Of a stretch of DNA of 64,000 bases, positions 19,996 to 29,584 are shown one piece after another. The number at the start of each line of letters is the position of its first letter. Position 1 is the first letter of the stretch. Both the position numbers and the translations under genes were made by a program. Source of the DNA: Polyangiales bacterium (GTDB lineage: Bacteria; Myxococcota_A; Polyangia; Polyangiales; Ga0077539); assembly GCA_044229975.1 (NCBI GenBank), contig JBGARZ010000001.1:704001-768000 (forward strand). The letters run 5' to 3'. The notes below the pieces were generated by a model. It was not told the origin of the DNA, made no database searches, and worked only from the letters and a program-made list of their open reading frames with translations.

Positions 19996-20168
19996 GGCGG
20001 GGGTTCTACTCCTGGCGGGCGAGGCGTTGAATGGCCCGCGGATGGGCGCCGTACCTCATCCCGACCGTGCCTGTCAGCCTCTGTGACCGCGGCAGATTCC
20101 GCTGTACTTCCGATTGACCGATCCGGCGCTATGCTGCCGTTGGTTCGTTCGAGCGAAGGAGCATCACC

Positions 20169-20432
20169 ATGAAGCGCTTCCTGGGCCTTGCGTTTGCCGT
20201 CACCGTCGCCGCCTCTCCCCTCGCCAACGCGCAGCCGCGCCAGTCGCCCGCCCCGGTCGCAGCTCCGGTCGCGCTCCAGACCCCGGCTCCGATCGTGACC
20301 CCGGCCCCGGCCCAGCCCGCGCCGGGCCTCTGTTGCTGCCGCGCCTGGTCCCACGGCTGGCAGTACTCGTGGCGCGACAACGCGGCGTGCACCGCCGCGA
20401 ACGGCACGTGCGTCAGCCCCGACCACTGCTGA
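20169..20432 (+). CDS. Small secreted Cys-rich protein
   Basis: AAGGAG RBS, signal peptide ending ANA, Pro-rich linker, six Cys. Confidence 0.7.
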   Translation: MKRFLGLAFAVTVAASPLANAQPRQSPAPVAAPVALQTPAPIVTPAPAQPAPGLCCCRAWSHGWQYSWRDNAACTAANGTCVSPDHC

Positions 20433-20467
20433 TCGGCCCGCCGCCCCTTACCCCCCCTCTCAGCCCC

Positions 20468-20989
20468 TCATTCCAGTTCGCGCGTCACGATCATCCGGTC
20501 GCGGCGAATCTCGCCGTTCACCACTGTTCCGGTGATGGAGAAGGTCGACTCGTTGCTGTCACCGTCGAGGTCGCCGATGGCGCGGGAGTAGAAGTACGCC
20601 CCTTCGCCGGTGCCCGCCGTGTACGACGCGTACGCGTAGTAGTGCGGGACGTCGATGGAGAACCCGATGGCCACCCACTGCGGATCATTGGCCCAGATGC
20701 TCGGGCGCGCGGGGTACTTGTTGCGACCGGGAGTGCTGTTGGGCGTGTACGTCGCCGCGGAGGCGAAGTTCTGCGACGTCCCACGGTCCAGGTTGCGCTG
20801 GTAGTAGGTCATCTGGCCCTGGAAGATCGCCCGGATGTTGCCCACCGCCTCGGTCGTCTTGGTCCGCTTGACGTAGCGGCTGTACGCGGGGATGGAGATG
20901 CCCGCGAGGATCCCCAGGATGACCACGGCGATCATCAGCTCGACCAACGTGAAACCCCACCGACCCCACCGAAACGATCGCATCGTCAT
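20468..20989 (-). CDS. Type IV pilin (PilA-like)
   Basis: Prepilin site G|FTLVELMIAVVILGILA, KTTEA, AIGDLDGD. Confidence 0.9.
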   Translation of the reverse strand: MTMRSFRWGRWGFTLVELMIAVVILGILAGISIPAYSRYVKRTKTTEAVGNIRAIFQGQMTYYQRNLDRGTSQNFASAATYTPNSTPGRNKYPARPSIWANDPQWVAIGFSIDVPHYYAYASYTAGTGEGAYFYSRAIGDLDGDSNESTFSITGTVVNGEIRRDRMIVTRELE

Positions 20990-21106
20990 CGTTCGCTCCT
21001 CGTCGGAAGCGACCAATGGACCAGCCCAGGATTTCCCGCAAGATCCCCTCCGCCAACATCGCGGTGACAAGACGGCGTCGGTGACCGTCGGGTATATTGG
21101 TGGGCC

Positions 21107-21886
21107 GTGCGCCTGACGGTGCTCGCGAGCGGTTCGGGCGGCAACGCGATGCTCGTCGAGGCCGGCGCTACGCGGCTCCTCGTCGACGCGGGCCTGCCGC
21201 TGGTCACGCTGCGACGACAGTTCGTCCGCGCGAAGCTCACGGGCAACCCCACCGCCATCATCATCACCCACGCCCACGGTGATCACTGCCGCCACGCGGC
21301 GGAGCTCACCGAGCACTTCCAGGTTCCGCTCTACGTGAGCGAGGCCACGCGCCGCAGCGTGCGCCTGAGCGGGCGACGCGCGCCGCAGGTGTTCGGCACG
21401 CGGGGCGCCTTTCCCATTGGCGACCTCAGCGTGTCGGCGATGGTGGTCCCCCACGACGCGCCGCAGGTGTCGCTGCGCTTCGAGCACCCGAGCGGGAGCG
21501 CGGCGCTCGCGACTGATCTCGGAGAGGTTCCGTCGGGTCTGCTCGGGCACTTCGCCGGGTGCGACACGGTGCTCATCGAGTCCAACCACGACAGCGAGAT
21601 GCTCGCCAACGGTCCGTACCCGTACCACCTGCGCCGCCGCGTCGCGGGCGACCACGGGCACCTCTCCAACGCGCAGACCCACGGCTTCCTGCGCGCGCTC
21701 GACCGCGGCACCCGCACCGTCGTGCTCATGCACCTGTCGCAGACCAACAACACCGCCGAGCTCGCGCGCGACTCGGCCGCCCACGCGCTCCGCGACCACA
21801 CCGCGACGCTGCTCGTGGCGTCGCAGTTCGGCACCACCAGCATCGACATGGCGCCGCCTGCTCAGCAGGAGCTCTTCCCGCGTTGA
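21107..21886 (+). CDS. MBL-fold metallohydrolase (YycJ/WalJ-like)
   Basis: LASGSGGN, THAHGDH, VPHDA, TDLG, IESNHD, GHLSN, HLSQTNN. Confidence 0.88.
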   Translation: MRLTVLASGSGGNAMLVEAGATRLLVDAGLPLVTLRRQFVRAKLTGNPTAIIITHAHGDHCRHAAELTEHFQVPLYVSEATRRSVRLSGRRAPQVFGTRGAFPIGDLSVSAMVVPHDAPQVSLRFEHPSGSAALATDLGEVPSGLLGHFAGCDTVLIESNHDSEMLANGPYPYHLRRRVAGDHGHLSNAQTHGFLRALDRGTRTVVLMHLSQTNNTAELARDSAAHALRDHTATLLVASQFGTTSIDMAPPAQQELFPR

Positions 21887-21899
21887 GGCCGCGCTCGGA

Positions 21900-22184
21900 C
21901 TACGGCTTGTTGGCTTCGAGCACCGCGCCACTATCGGGTGACGCCGCGGGCTGCGCGCGGTGGGGCTCATAGGTCTGCGGCCGGGGCGGGCCTCCGTAGC
22001 AGGCGGCCAGCGAAGCGCTCGCGGTGAGGGCAGCGGCGAGAGCAACGACGACCCGCGTGGCCTGTGCGCCCGACGGCGTGCGCTCGGTCGGAGCGCGCAA
22101 CGGCGCAGCACAGAACGGACACGCGCCATCGTCGTGGCGCACGTGGCGGGAGCAGGACGAGCAGGGGACGAGCACTTGCGACAT
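21900..22184 (-). CDS. Small protein with zinc-ribbon-like N-terminus
   Basis: CSSCSRHV...CPFC, hydrophobic segment, ACYGGPP. Confidence 0.7.
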   Translation of the reverse strand: MSQVLVPCSSCSRHVRHDDGACPFCAAPLRAPTERTPSGAQATRVVVALAAALTASASLAACYGGPPRPQTYEPHRAQPAASPDSGAVLEANKP

Positions 22185-22250
22185 GAGTGGACCTCCAATG
22201 GGGATGACGAGGAGCAACGCGCACCGCCCGGTGGCGCTTACAGCCCGACG

Positions 22251-22757
22251 TTACCCTCGACGGCTGCGGAGCGCGTCGTCCGCGGAGGTCACCCGCAGCG
22301 CCCAGGTCACGGTGAAGGCCACCATCGCCATGCCCACCGGGGAGAGGGCGTTGAGCATGCGGTAACCCGCGGTGCCGATGGGGTAGAGGGCGTGCAGCCA
22401 GGGGAAGACGACCCCGCACGCGGTCGCCGGGAAGGCCGCGAGGTAGACCCAGCGCCGACGCTCCGGGGCGGTGGTCAGAAACGAGGCGACGGTGATGCCG
22501 GCGAGGAAGGAGATCTGGTTGGAGAAGAGTTCTCCCGCCGGGTCTTCGGTCTGGTAGCGCGGCCCGAGGCCCGCGTGGAGGAACAACACCAGCAACGCCC
22601 CGAGCGCCCCCGCGACGGAGAGCCAGCGGGTGGGCGCGTCGTGCCCCTGCGACGACAGCTGCGGTGTGTTGGGTTCGGGTCGCTCGGCCACGGCCGCGAC
22701 AGCGTCGCACAGGTGCCGCGTCGAGCGAGAGTACCCGTCACCCCGCCCCGAACTCAC
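22251..22757 (-). CDS. Hypothetical membrane protein
   Basis: About four hydrophobic segments; start uncertain. Confidence 0.55.
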   Translation of the reverse strand: MSSGRGDGYSRSTRHLCDAVAAVAERPEPNTPQLSSQGHDAPTRWLSVAGALGALLVLFLHAGLGPRYQTEDPAGELFSNQISFLAGITVASFLTTAPERRRWVYLAAFPATACGVVFPWLHALYPIGTAGYRMLNALSPVGMAMVAFTVTWALRVTSADDALRSRRG

Positions 22758-23880
22758 TCAGCAGAAACCTCACCAACGCCTCGCACTTGGGCACCAGCGA
22801 GTCGAGCTCGACGTACTCGTCCGGCGTGTGAAACCCGCGACCGCGCGGCCCCAGTCCATCGATGGATGGGACCCCAATGGATGCCGTCGTGGAGGCGTCG
22901 CTACCGCCGCCCTGAAGGTCCGCCTCACCATCGAACAGGCCCGCGGCGCGCTGGCAGATGCCGTAGCGCTCAGCCCATCGCGCGCTCTCGGCGCTGCGCT
23001 CCAGGGGCCAGCGGGCGACGCCGCCTTGCAGCGCCATCGTGACGCCCTCGACCGTCGGATGGCTCGCGGTGTCGCGCAGGAATGCCTCCAGGCGGGCGGC
23101 GTCTTCGGTGCGCTCGAAGCGCCCGTCGAGCTCGGCCTCGCAGTGGGCGGGGACGGTGTTCTTGGAGGTTCCGCCGCGGACGGTGCCGACGTTGACGGTG
23201 ACGCCGCGCGTGTAGTCGGTCTGCGCCTCGGCCGCCTCGATGAAGCGCGCCATCGCCCGGATCGCGCTCGCGCCCTCGTGGTGCGCGTTGCCCGCGTGCG
23301 CTGCCCGCCCCGTCGCGCGCGCCGTCATCGCCATGGTGCCCTTGCGGCGCGTGATGATCGCGTCGCCGCGTCGCCCCGCCTCGAACACCAGCGCCACCGT
23401 CGCGCCCTTCGCGGCGGCAGCGAGGTGCGGCGCGCTCTCGGGTGATCCCACCTCCTCGTCGGCCACCACCGCCATCGTCAACGGAACCCTCCCCAGCGCG
23501 CCCGCCGCTCGCAGCGCGTGGAGCGCGAAGGTCATCACCACCAGTCCGCCCTTCATGTCGAGCACACCAGGACCACGCGCGATGTCTCCGTCCGCGCGGT
23601 AGCCCGCGAACACCTCGCGCGGAAACACCGTGTCGTGGTGACCCACCAGCACCACGCCGCCATCGCCCGCCGTGCGCACGTTGTCGAAGAAGAGGTGCGC
23701 CCCGAAGCGCTCGCTCGCCACCGCCCGACACGGCAACGGAACCGCCGCCCGCAACACCGCCCCCGCCGCGTCGACCCCGCGGCGATCGAGCGTGTACGAG
23801 CTCTCCTCCACCAGCGCGCGGAGGAGCGTCTCCATCGCCGACCGCTGCCCCCGCAACCACGCCACCGCGTCGTCGATCAT
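22738..23880 (-). CDS. M20-family metallopeptidase (glutamate carboxypeptidase-like)
   Basis: GHHDTVF, GPGVLDMKGG, DEEVGS, AHAG, GGGSD, FHTPDE. Confidence 0.92.
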   Translation of the reverse strand: MIDDAVAWLRGQRSAMETLLRALVEESSYTLDRRGVDAAGAVLRAAVPLPCRAVASERFGAHLFFDNVRTAGDGGVVLVGHHDTVFPREVFAGYRADGDIARGPGVLDMKGGLVVMTFALHALRAAGALGRVPLTMAVVADEEVGSPESAPHLAAAAKGATVALVFEAGRRGDAIITRRKGTMAMTARATGRAAHAGNAHHEGASAIRAMARFIEAAEAQTDYTRGVTVNVGTVRGGTSKNTVPAHCEAELDGRFERTEDAARLEAFLRDTASHPTVEGVTMALQGGVARWPLERSAESARWAERYGICQRAAGLFDGEADLQGGGSDASTTASIGVPSIDGLGPRGRGFHTPDEYVELDSLVPKCEALVRFLLSEFGAG

Positions 23881-23939
23881 CGGACCATGCAACGCCTCCG
23901 CAGCCCTGCCAGCAAGGGCGTTCGCATCGTTGACAGGCT

Positions 23940-25382
23940 ATGTCCCACCCCCTGTTGCTGCGCGCTCGGTCGCTGCCTACGGTGACGGTCATCGGAGGCA
24001 CTGCCGCGATGACGAGCTTGATGGACACCGACACCCTGCGCCGACTCGATCATGCCCTGCGGCAACACCCGTGGCAGCACCCCAACGCGGGCGCCGCGCG
24101 GGGTCGCGAGCTGGGTCTGGCGCTGCTCCAGGGGCTGCGCGAGACGCTGCCCACCTGCGATGTGGCGACGGCGGTCACCATGGCCGTCGATGCCGCAACG
24201 CCACCCGCGGACAGCGTCGAGCGCGGCTTCGAAGAGCAGTGGGCGCGGTACACCCTCGCGTGGGCGGCGCACTCGCTCGTGGCGCAGTCCATCGGCGCCG
24301 AGGCCCACGTCGCCGCGGCCTTGCGCTCGGTGGCGGGCGCCATTGCGGGCGTTCCGTTGCGGGTGCGCGGCGGGCACGATGCGGACGATGCGAGCGTGTT
24401 CGAGGCGATGACCGACGCCACGCGGGCGGCCTTCGACGCGAGCGAAGGTGGTGACTTCGTGGCGGTGCTGTTGCAGCAGGTGAAACACTCGGCGTCGCTG
24501 CTCGCCGTGGGCAACCATCAGGTGGACGACCTCCTGCGCGGCGCCGTCATTCGCGCCGATCGGGTGGCCCACGCCCGCAACGTCCGCGCGTGGACAGAGG
24601 CGTCCATGGTCGACCGCCGCGCGCTGGTGGCGCATGGGCTGTCCGAGGCGGCGTGGCTGCTCGCGGCGCGGTCGACCGACGAGGGTGACCCGCGGGTGCG
24701 GCGGCGCCTCGTGCGCATCGCGTGTCAGCTCGCGGCGCGCGTCGATCGCGTGGGGCTCTGGGTCCCCGTGACGAGCGCGATTGCACCCGCCCCGACGACG
24801 ACGGTTCCGATGACTTCGACAACCACGGCGACGGTCCCGACGACCGCGGCGCCCGCAGTGCCTTCCCCCAAGACGACGGAGCGAACCATGGACGACAAGA
24901 AGACCAACCCGATGCTCAAGTCCCTCGAAGTCGACGCCACCGACGCCGCGTGGCGCCTCGCCGGGTCGCAGTTCGTGAAGCTCGCGCGCGACCCGGTCGT
25001 CGCCCTGCTCTCGCGTCACCTCGGGCCCGACGACCCGTCGCTCCGCGCGCGCATCGCCGCCTTCCTCGACACCGAGCTCGGCGCCTCGCTCATGTCGGGC
25101 ATCCTTTCGGTGGGGCTCTCGGCCATTCCCCTCCCGGCCAACGACGTGTCCCATCGGCTGTCGCGAGAGCTCCGCGTGCGGGCGATGGCGGGCGCCGGTG
25201 ACGTCATCGCCGACGTGCTCATGGGTCCGCTTCGCCAGGTGGCCGTGACCTACCTCCAGGCTGCGCCCAAGGTCGATGACGAGGTGAGCGCGCCGAAGGA
25301 GCCGCAGGGGCTGCCGGGGAGCGTCTTCCTCGACGCGCTCAAGACCGCGGCGGCGACGACCGCGGTGGAGTCCGCTGCGTAG
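23940..25382 (+). CDS. Hypothetical protein
   Basis: Long codon-biased ORF with two parts joined by a Thr/Pro linker; start uncertain. Confidence 0.6.
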   Translation: MSHPLLLRARSLPTVTVIGGTAAMTSLMDTDTLRRLDHALRQHPWQHPNAGAARGRELGLALLQGLRETLPTCDVATAVTMAVDAATPPADSVERGFEEQWARYTLAWAAHSLVAQSIGAEAHVAAALRSVAGAIAGVPLRVRGGHDADDASVFEAMTDATRAAFDASEGGDFVAVLLQQVKHSASLLAVGNHQVDDLLRGAVIRADRVAHARNVRAWTEASMVDRRALVAHGLSEAAWLLAARSTDEGDPRVRRRLVRIACQLAARVDRVGLWVPVTSAIAPAPTTTVPMTSTTTATVPTTAAPAVPSPKTTERTMDDKKTNPMLKSLEVDATDAAWRLAGSQFVKLARDPVVALLSRHLGPDDPSLRARIAAFLDTELGASLMSGILSVGLSAIPLPANDVSHRLSRELRVRAMAGAGDVIADVLMGPLRQVAVTYLQAAPKVDDEVSAPKEPQGLPGSVFLDALKTAAATTAVESAA

Positions 25383-25427
25383 AGTTGACCCTCCCCTGCC
25401 GTTGGGATTACCAACGGCGCCATCTTC

Positions 25428-25679
25428 ATGGCAGCCGCTCACGGTCACGACCCCCACCACGACGACGACCACGGCCACGCCAAGGGTCACGCCCACGCGC
25501 ACCCCGAGCCCGCGGAAGACGCCCTCGTCACGCCGGGATGGATGCCCTTCGTCGGCCTCGGGCTGCTCCTGTCCGCCGCGCTCGGCATCTACCTGTTCCT
25601 GTCGCCCGGCGTGCTGGCTACGTCGGCCGACGCGGGCGCGGGTGACGGCGGCGACGTCGCGGCCGACGCGGCCCATTGA
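25428..25679 (+). CDS. His-rich small single-pass membrane protein
   Basis: HGHDPHHDDDHGHAKGHAHAH followed by one TM helix. Confidence 0.6.
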   Translation: MAAAHGHDPHHDDDHGHAKGHAHAHPEPAEDALVTPGWMPFVGLGLLLSAALGIYLFLSPGVLATSADAGAGDGGDVAADAAH

Positions 25680-25731
25680 GTTTCGCACTCCACCGAATCA
25701 CTCCCCACCCCAGCGAAGAGCGAGGCAGGCG

Positions 25732-26124
25732 ATGGCCGATGTCCCGTCCGACTTGAAGTACACGAAGGATCACGAGTGGGCCCGCATCGAGGGCAACCGG
25801 GTCACCGTCGGCGTCACCCAGCACGCGGTCGATCAGCTCGGGGACATCATCCTCGTGAGCGTCGACGCCAAGGTCGGCGCGGCCGTCGCGGCGGGCAAGG
25901 TGTTCGGCGTGGTCGAGTCGACCAAGTCGGTGAGCGACCTCTTCGCGCCCGTCAGCGGCACCGTGCTCTCGGTCAACGAGGCCCTCAAGGACTCGCCCGA
26001 GAAGGTCAACGAGTCCCCCTACGACGCCGGCTGGATGGTCGTCTTCGAAGTGGCGGGAACGCCCACCGACCTCGACGGGTTGATGGACGCGGCCGCCTAC
26101 GGCGCCTATCTCGGCTCGCTCTAG
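25732..26124 (+). CDS. gcvH: Glycine cleavage system H protein
   Basis: LKYTKDHEW, LGDI, VESTKSVSD (lipoyl-Lys), VNESPYDAGW. Confidence 0.93.
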   Translation: MADVPSDLKYTKDHEWARIEGNRVTVGVTQHAVDQLGDIILVSVDAKVGAAVAAGKVFGVVESTKSVSDLFAPVSGTVLSVNEALKDSPEKVNESPYDAGWMVVFEVAGTPTDLDGLMDAAAYGAYLGSL

Positions 26125-26164
26125 CGCGCTCCGCCTCGTACACCCCACCTCAGGACCCAAGCAC

Positions 26165-27109
26165 ATGCACAAAGTCATCATCGTGGGCAGCGGCCCCGCG
26201 GGGCTCACGGCTGCCATCTACGCGGGTCGCGCCAACATGGCCCCCGTGGTCATCGAGGGTCTCGGGGCGGACCACCAGCCGGGCGGTCAGCTCATGATCA
26301 CCACCGAGGTGGAGAACTACCCGGGCTTCCCGCACGGGGTCACCGGGCCGAAGATGATGGAGCTGTTCCGCGAGCAGGCCGAGCGCTTCGGGACGACCTT
26401 CCTCACCGAAGACGCGCTGCGCGTCGAGCTGCACGGCCCGGTGAAGCGCGTGTGGGTCGAGAGCCAGACGGAGCCGCTCGAAGCGCACTCCATCATCATC
26501 GCGACCGGCGCCGTCGCGCGCTGGATCGGCGCCCCCGGCGAGAAGGAACTCCAGAACTATGGCGTGTCGGCCTGCGCGACGTGCGACGGGTCGTTCTTCA
26601 AGGGCCAGGAGGTCATCGTGGTGGGCGGCGGCGACACGGCGCTGGAGGAGGCCCTGTACCTCTCCAACCTCGCGAGCACCGTCTACCTCGTGCACCGCCG
26701 CGACACCCTGCGCGCCAGCAAGATCATGCAAGACCGCGCGCTCAAGAACCCGAAGATCAAGTTCATCTGGAACGCCGAGATCGCCGAGGTCCGCGACGTG
26801 GCGGCGAAGAAGGTGACGTCGGTGATCCTGCGCGACACGGTCTCTGGTGAGACGCGCGAGATGCGCATCGACGCGGTGTTCGTGGCCATCGGTCACACGC
26901 CCGCGTCGGGTCTCGTCGAGGGCGTGGTCGACGCGCACGACAACGGCTACCTGCGCGTGGCCCACGGCTCGACCAACACCAACATCCCGGGTGTGTTCGC
27001 GTGCGGCGATGTGGCCGACCACGTGTACCGCCAGGCCATCACCGCCGCGGGCTCTGGCTGCATGGCCGCCATCGACGCCGAGCGCTACGTCTCGGCGCTC
27101 ATCGGCTGA
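26165..27109 (+). CDS. trxB: Thioredoxin reductase
   Basis: GSGPAG, GGQL, VENYPGF, SACATCDG, GGGDTA, YRQAITAAG. Confidence 0.96.
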   Translation: MHKVIIVGSGPAGLTAAIYAGRANMAPVVIEGLGADHQPGGQLMITTEVENYPGFPHGVTGPKMMELFREQAERFGTTFLTEDALRVELHGPVKRVWVESQTEPLEAHSIIIATGAVARWIGAPGEKELQNYGVSACATCDGSFFKGQEVIVVGGGDTALEEALYLSNLASTVYLVHRRDTLRASKIMQDRALKNPKIKFIWNAEIAEVRDVAAKKVTSVILRDTVSGETREMRIDAVFVAIGHTPASGLVEGVVDAHDNGYLRVAHGSTNTNIPGVFACGDVADHVYRQAITAAGSGCMAAIDAERYVSALIG

Positions 27110-27153
27110 CGTTCGCTTTGCGGGCGACGCCGACTCGTCCACAATCCAAAGCC

Positions 27154-27642
27154 ATGAGCGACACCACCGAGACCGTCACCGCGACGGCGAACCCCATCGC
27201 GCGCATCGCGCTGTTCCAGGGTCTTTCGCCGAAGTCGCTGGCCCGCGTGGCGAGCATCACGACGGCGCAGCGCTACCCCATCGGCACGGTGCTCTTCCGC
27301 GCCGGTGACGTGGGCGACCGGCTCTACATGCTGACCGAAGGGCGCGTGCGCATCTCGCGCGAGGTGCCTGGCATGGGCGAAGAGGCGCTCGCCATCATGG
27401 GGCCGGGCGACTACTTCGGAGAGATGGCCGTGATCGACCCGGCGCCGCGCAGCGCCGACGCGCACGTCCACGAGGCGTGCTCGGTGCTGGAGATCCGGAA
27501 GGACGAGATGGAGCACCTGATGCTGGTGCACCGCGACCTCGCCTACGAGGTGCTCTGGAACGTCGTACGCACCCTCACCACGCGACTGCGCGACACCACC
27601 GACAAGGTGACGTTCCTCGCGGTGACCGGGAAGTTCTCCTGA
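27154..27642 (+). CDS. Cyclic nucleotide-binding domain protein
   Basis: FRAGDVGD, GRVRI, GDYFGEMAVID..PRSADA; no HTH. Confidence 0.88.
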   Translation: MSDTTETVTATANPIARIALFQGLSPKSLARVASITTAQRYPIGTVLFRAGDVGDRLYMLTEGRVRISREVPGMGEEALAIMGPGDYFGEMAVIDPAPRSADAHVHEACSVLEIRKDEMEHLMLVHRDLAYEVLWNVVRTLTTRLRDTTDKVTFLAVTGKFS

Positions 27643-27643
27643 A

Positions 27644-28177
27644 CTACTGACTGTTGGCCGCGCCGGGTGTGCGTCGCGTGGCGGCGAACGCGCCGGTGCC
27701 GTCGGGGAAGCGCCCGTAGGTGAAGCCCGACGGGGCGGCGTTGGCGGGGTAGTGCGTCGTCGCGACGACCTGGTTCTCCGGGTCGACGAGGTGGATGTTT
27801 TCGCCGCGGCTGCCGGAGATGCCACCGGCGGTGCCGCGCGCGCAGACGTACGGCGTCGTCGACGACGGGCATGCGCCCTCGAAGAGCACCAGCACCCGAC
27901 CGCCAGCCGGAACCGTCGTCCCCGCGGGGAAGCGGATCGCGTGGCTCAGCTTGGGGAAGCCGTCCTTGCGGCTGTCGGTGACGGCGTAGCCGGAGATGTC
28001 GAGCGGTGTTGCGCCGGTGTTGAAGAGCTCGGCGAAGTCGTCGCCCGAGGCGCCAAACTCGTTGAAGGTGAGCTGCGCGGCGACCGGGTCTTCGCTCGCG
28101 CAGGACGCGCACGCCGCGGCGAGCAGCCACGCCAACCACGGAGTCTTCGGGGGGTTGGGCATCGATGGGTTCCTCAT
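27644..28177 (-). CDS. Lamin-tail-domain lipoprotein
   Basis: Lipobox-like CASC; FNE...DFAELFNTG..LDISGY.VTD; GEN.HL.DP; YGRFPDG; TPGAAN. Confidence 0.8.
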   Translation of the reverse strand: MRNPSMPNPPKTPWLAWLLAAACASCASEDPVAAQLTFNEFGASGDDFAELFNTGATPLDISGYAVTDSRKDGFPKLSHAIRFPAGTTVPAGGRVLVLFEGACPSSTTPYVCARGTAGGISGSRGENIHLVDPENQVVATTHYPANAAPSGFTYGRFPDGTGAFAATRRTPGAANSQ

Positions 28178-28800
28178 GGGGTCGCGGCGGGCGCGCGGGG
28201 CGGGCGCGCGGGGCGAGCGGGCTGGTGGAAGGAGACGGAGATGCCGAGGGTCCACCACTGGATGCTGCTGGTGTCCTGATCGGGGAGCGCGGTGTACGGG
28301 AAGTTGTAGCGGCCGAAGCCCTCGCGGCCCTCCCACACGTGACCCACGCGGAGCACCGGGCCGAGCGAGACGTTGGGGCCGAGGTCGAACGCGTAGCCCA
28401 CGCCCACGTCGAAGCCGGGACGCACCACCGTGCCCGGGAGGTACACACCGAAGTCGGCGTCGGCCCAGAGGCTTCCACGGCGACCGAGCGGTGCGCTCAC
28501 GCGGAGACCGAGGGTGCCCGCCACGAGCTGGATGTTGCGGCGGTCACGAACAAACTGACCGAAGGTTCCGCCGAACTGGAGGTACAGCGGGCCGACGAGG
28601 CGGAGGTCGAAGCGGCCGTGCGTGGTGACGGCGGGCGTTCCGAAGTCCACGCCCGCGTGGTCGAAGTCGTGGATCATCGTGCCCGCGCCGAGCTCCAGGT
28701 TGAAGCTCCAGCGACGCGGCGTGGGGCGACGCGCGTCCTGCGCGAACGCGGCCGAGGGCACGAGCAGCCCGACGAGGGCGAGTGTCGCGAGGGCCTTCAT
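28174..28800 (-). CDS. Exported protein, probable outer-membrane beta-barrel
   Basis: Signal peptide ending AFA; alternating beta-strand patterns; ATGA overlaps with both neighbours. Confidence 0.65.
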   Translation of the reverse strand: MKALATLALVGLLVPSAAFAQDARRPTPRRWSFNLELGAGTMIHDFDHAGVDFGTPAVTTHGRFDLRLVGPLYLQFGGTFGQFVRDRRNIQLVAGTLGLRVSAPLGRRGSLWADADFGVYLPGTVVRPGFDVGVGYAFDLGPNVSLGPVLRVGHVWEGREGFGRYNFPYTALPDQDTSSIQWWTLGISVSFHQPARPARPPRAPAATP

Positions 28801-29492
28801 GGTCGCGTCATGTCCAGGGTCCAGCGGGCGCTCAAACCAAGCATGTTGACGTTGGGCTCGTCGATGAACGACGGCATGTCGCGCATGTAATAGACCCGGA
28901 ACTGCCAGCGAGAAGCCTGCACCGCGAAGCCCGCGCCGACGCGCCAGCGGTCGTGTCCGACGTCGGGGTCGATGCGCGTCCAGTGCTCGCCAAACACGTT
29001 GGCGGTGAAGGGCCCCGGCAGGTGGAACTCCACGTTGATGCGGTTGCGCCACATGCTCCGATCGTCGGCGATGGAGACGCCGTAGTCCTCCTGCGTGACG
29101 GTTCGCCACTGCACGCGCGAGCGAAACTCCACGTCGATGCGACGCCACTCCCACTGCGCCGATGCGTCGAAGTGCAGGCGGTGTCCCTGTTCGAGATCAC
29201 CGAGGCCGTTGCGGCGCCAGAGGTAGCGGTAGCCCACGCCAAGTCGCAGCGGACCGACGACGCGGTAGTCGACCTCCAGCTCCGGGATGACCCGGCGGAG
29301 GCCGTACTCCGAGAAGCGGACGTTCTCGGTGAAGGTGAGCCGCAGTCGACGGATGGGGACGAGGCGGGCGCCGAACTCGGCCCAGTACTCCATGCTCTCG
29401 ACGTTGGCGTGGGCGACGCTGGGGAGCGCGAGCGTCGCGACGGTCACCAGCGCGGAGGCGAAGAGGCGGGCGGGCGATGGAGTGGACGGCAA
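28797..29492 (-). CDS. DUF2490-like outer-membrane beta-barrel
   Basis: Signal ending AHA; GYRY, RSRVQWR, RNRI, RWRVGAG, NMLGL strands; start uncertain. Confidence 0.65.
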   Translation of the reverse strand: MPSTPSPARLFASALVTVATLALPSVAHANVESMEYWAEFGARLVPIRRLRLTFTENVRFSEYGLRRVIPELEVDYRVVGPLRLGVGYRYLWRRNGLGDLEQGHRLHFDASAQWEWRRIDVEFRSRVQWRTVTQEDYGVSIADDRSMWRNRINVEFHLPGPFTANVFGEHWTRIDPDVGHDRWRVGAGFAVQASRWQFRVYYMRDMPSFIDEPNVNMLGLSARWTLDMTRP

Positions 29493-29584
29493 CGGGTGTC
29501 TCCAGAACGCGCCCTGACGCGGGAGCGAGTCTCTTCGGTGACTGAATGGTGACGATGCGCCGGGCGCTTCGAGAATTCCATCCC

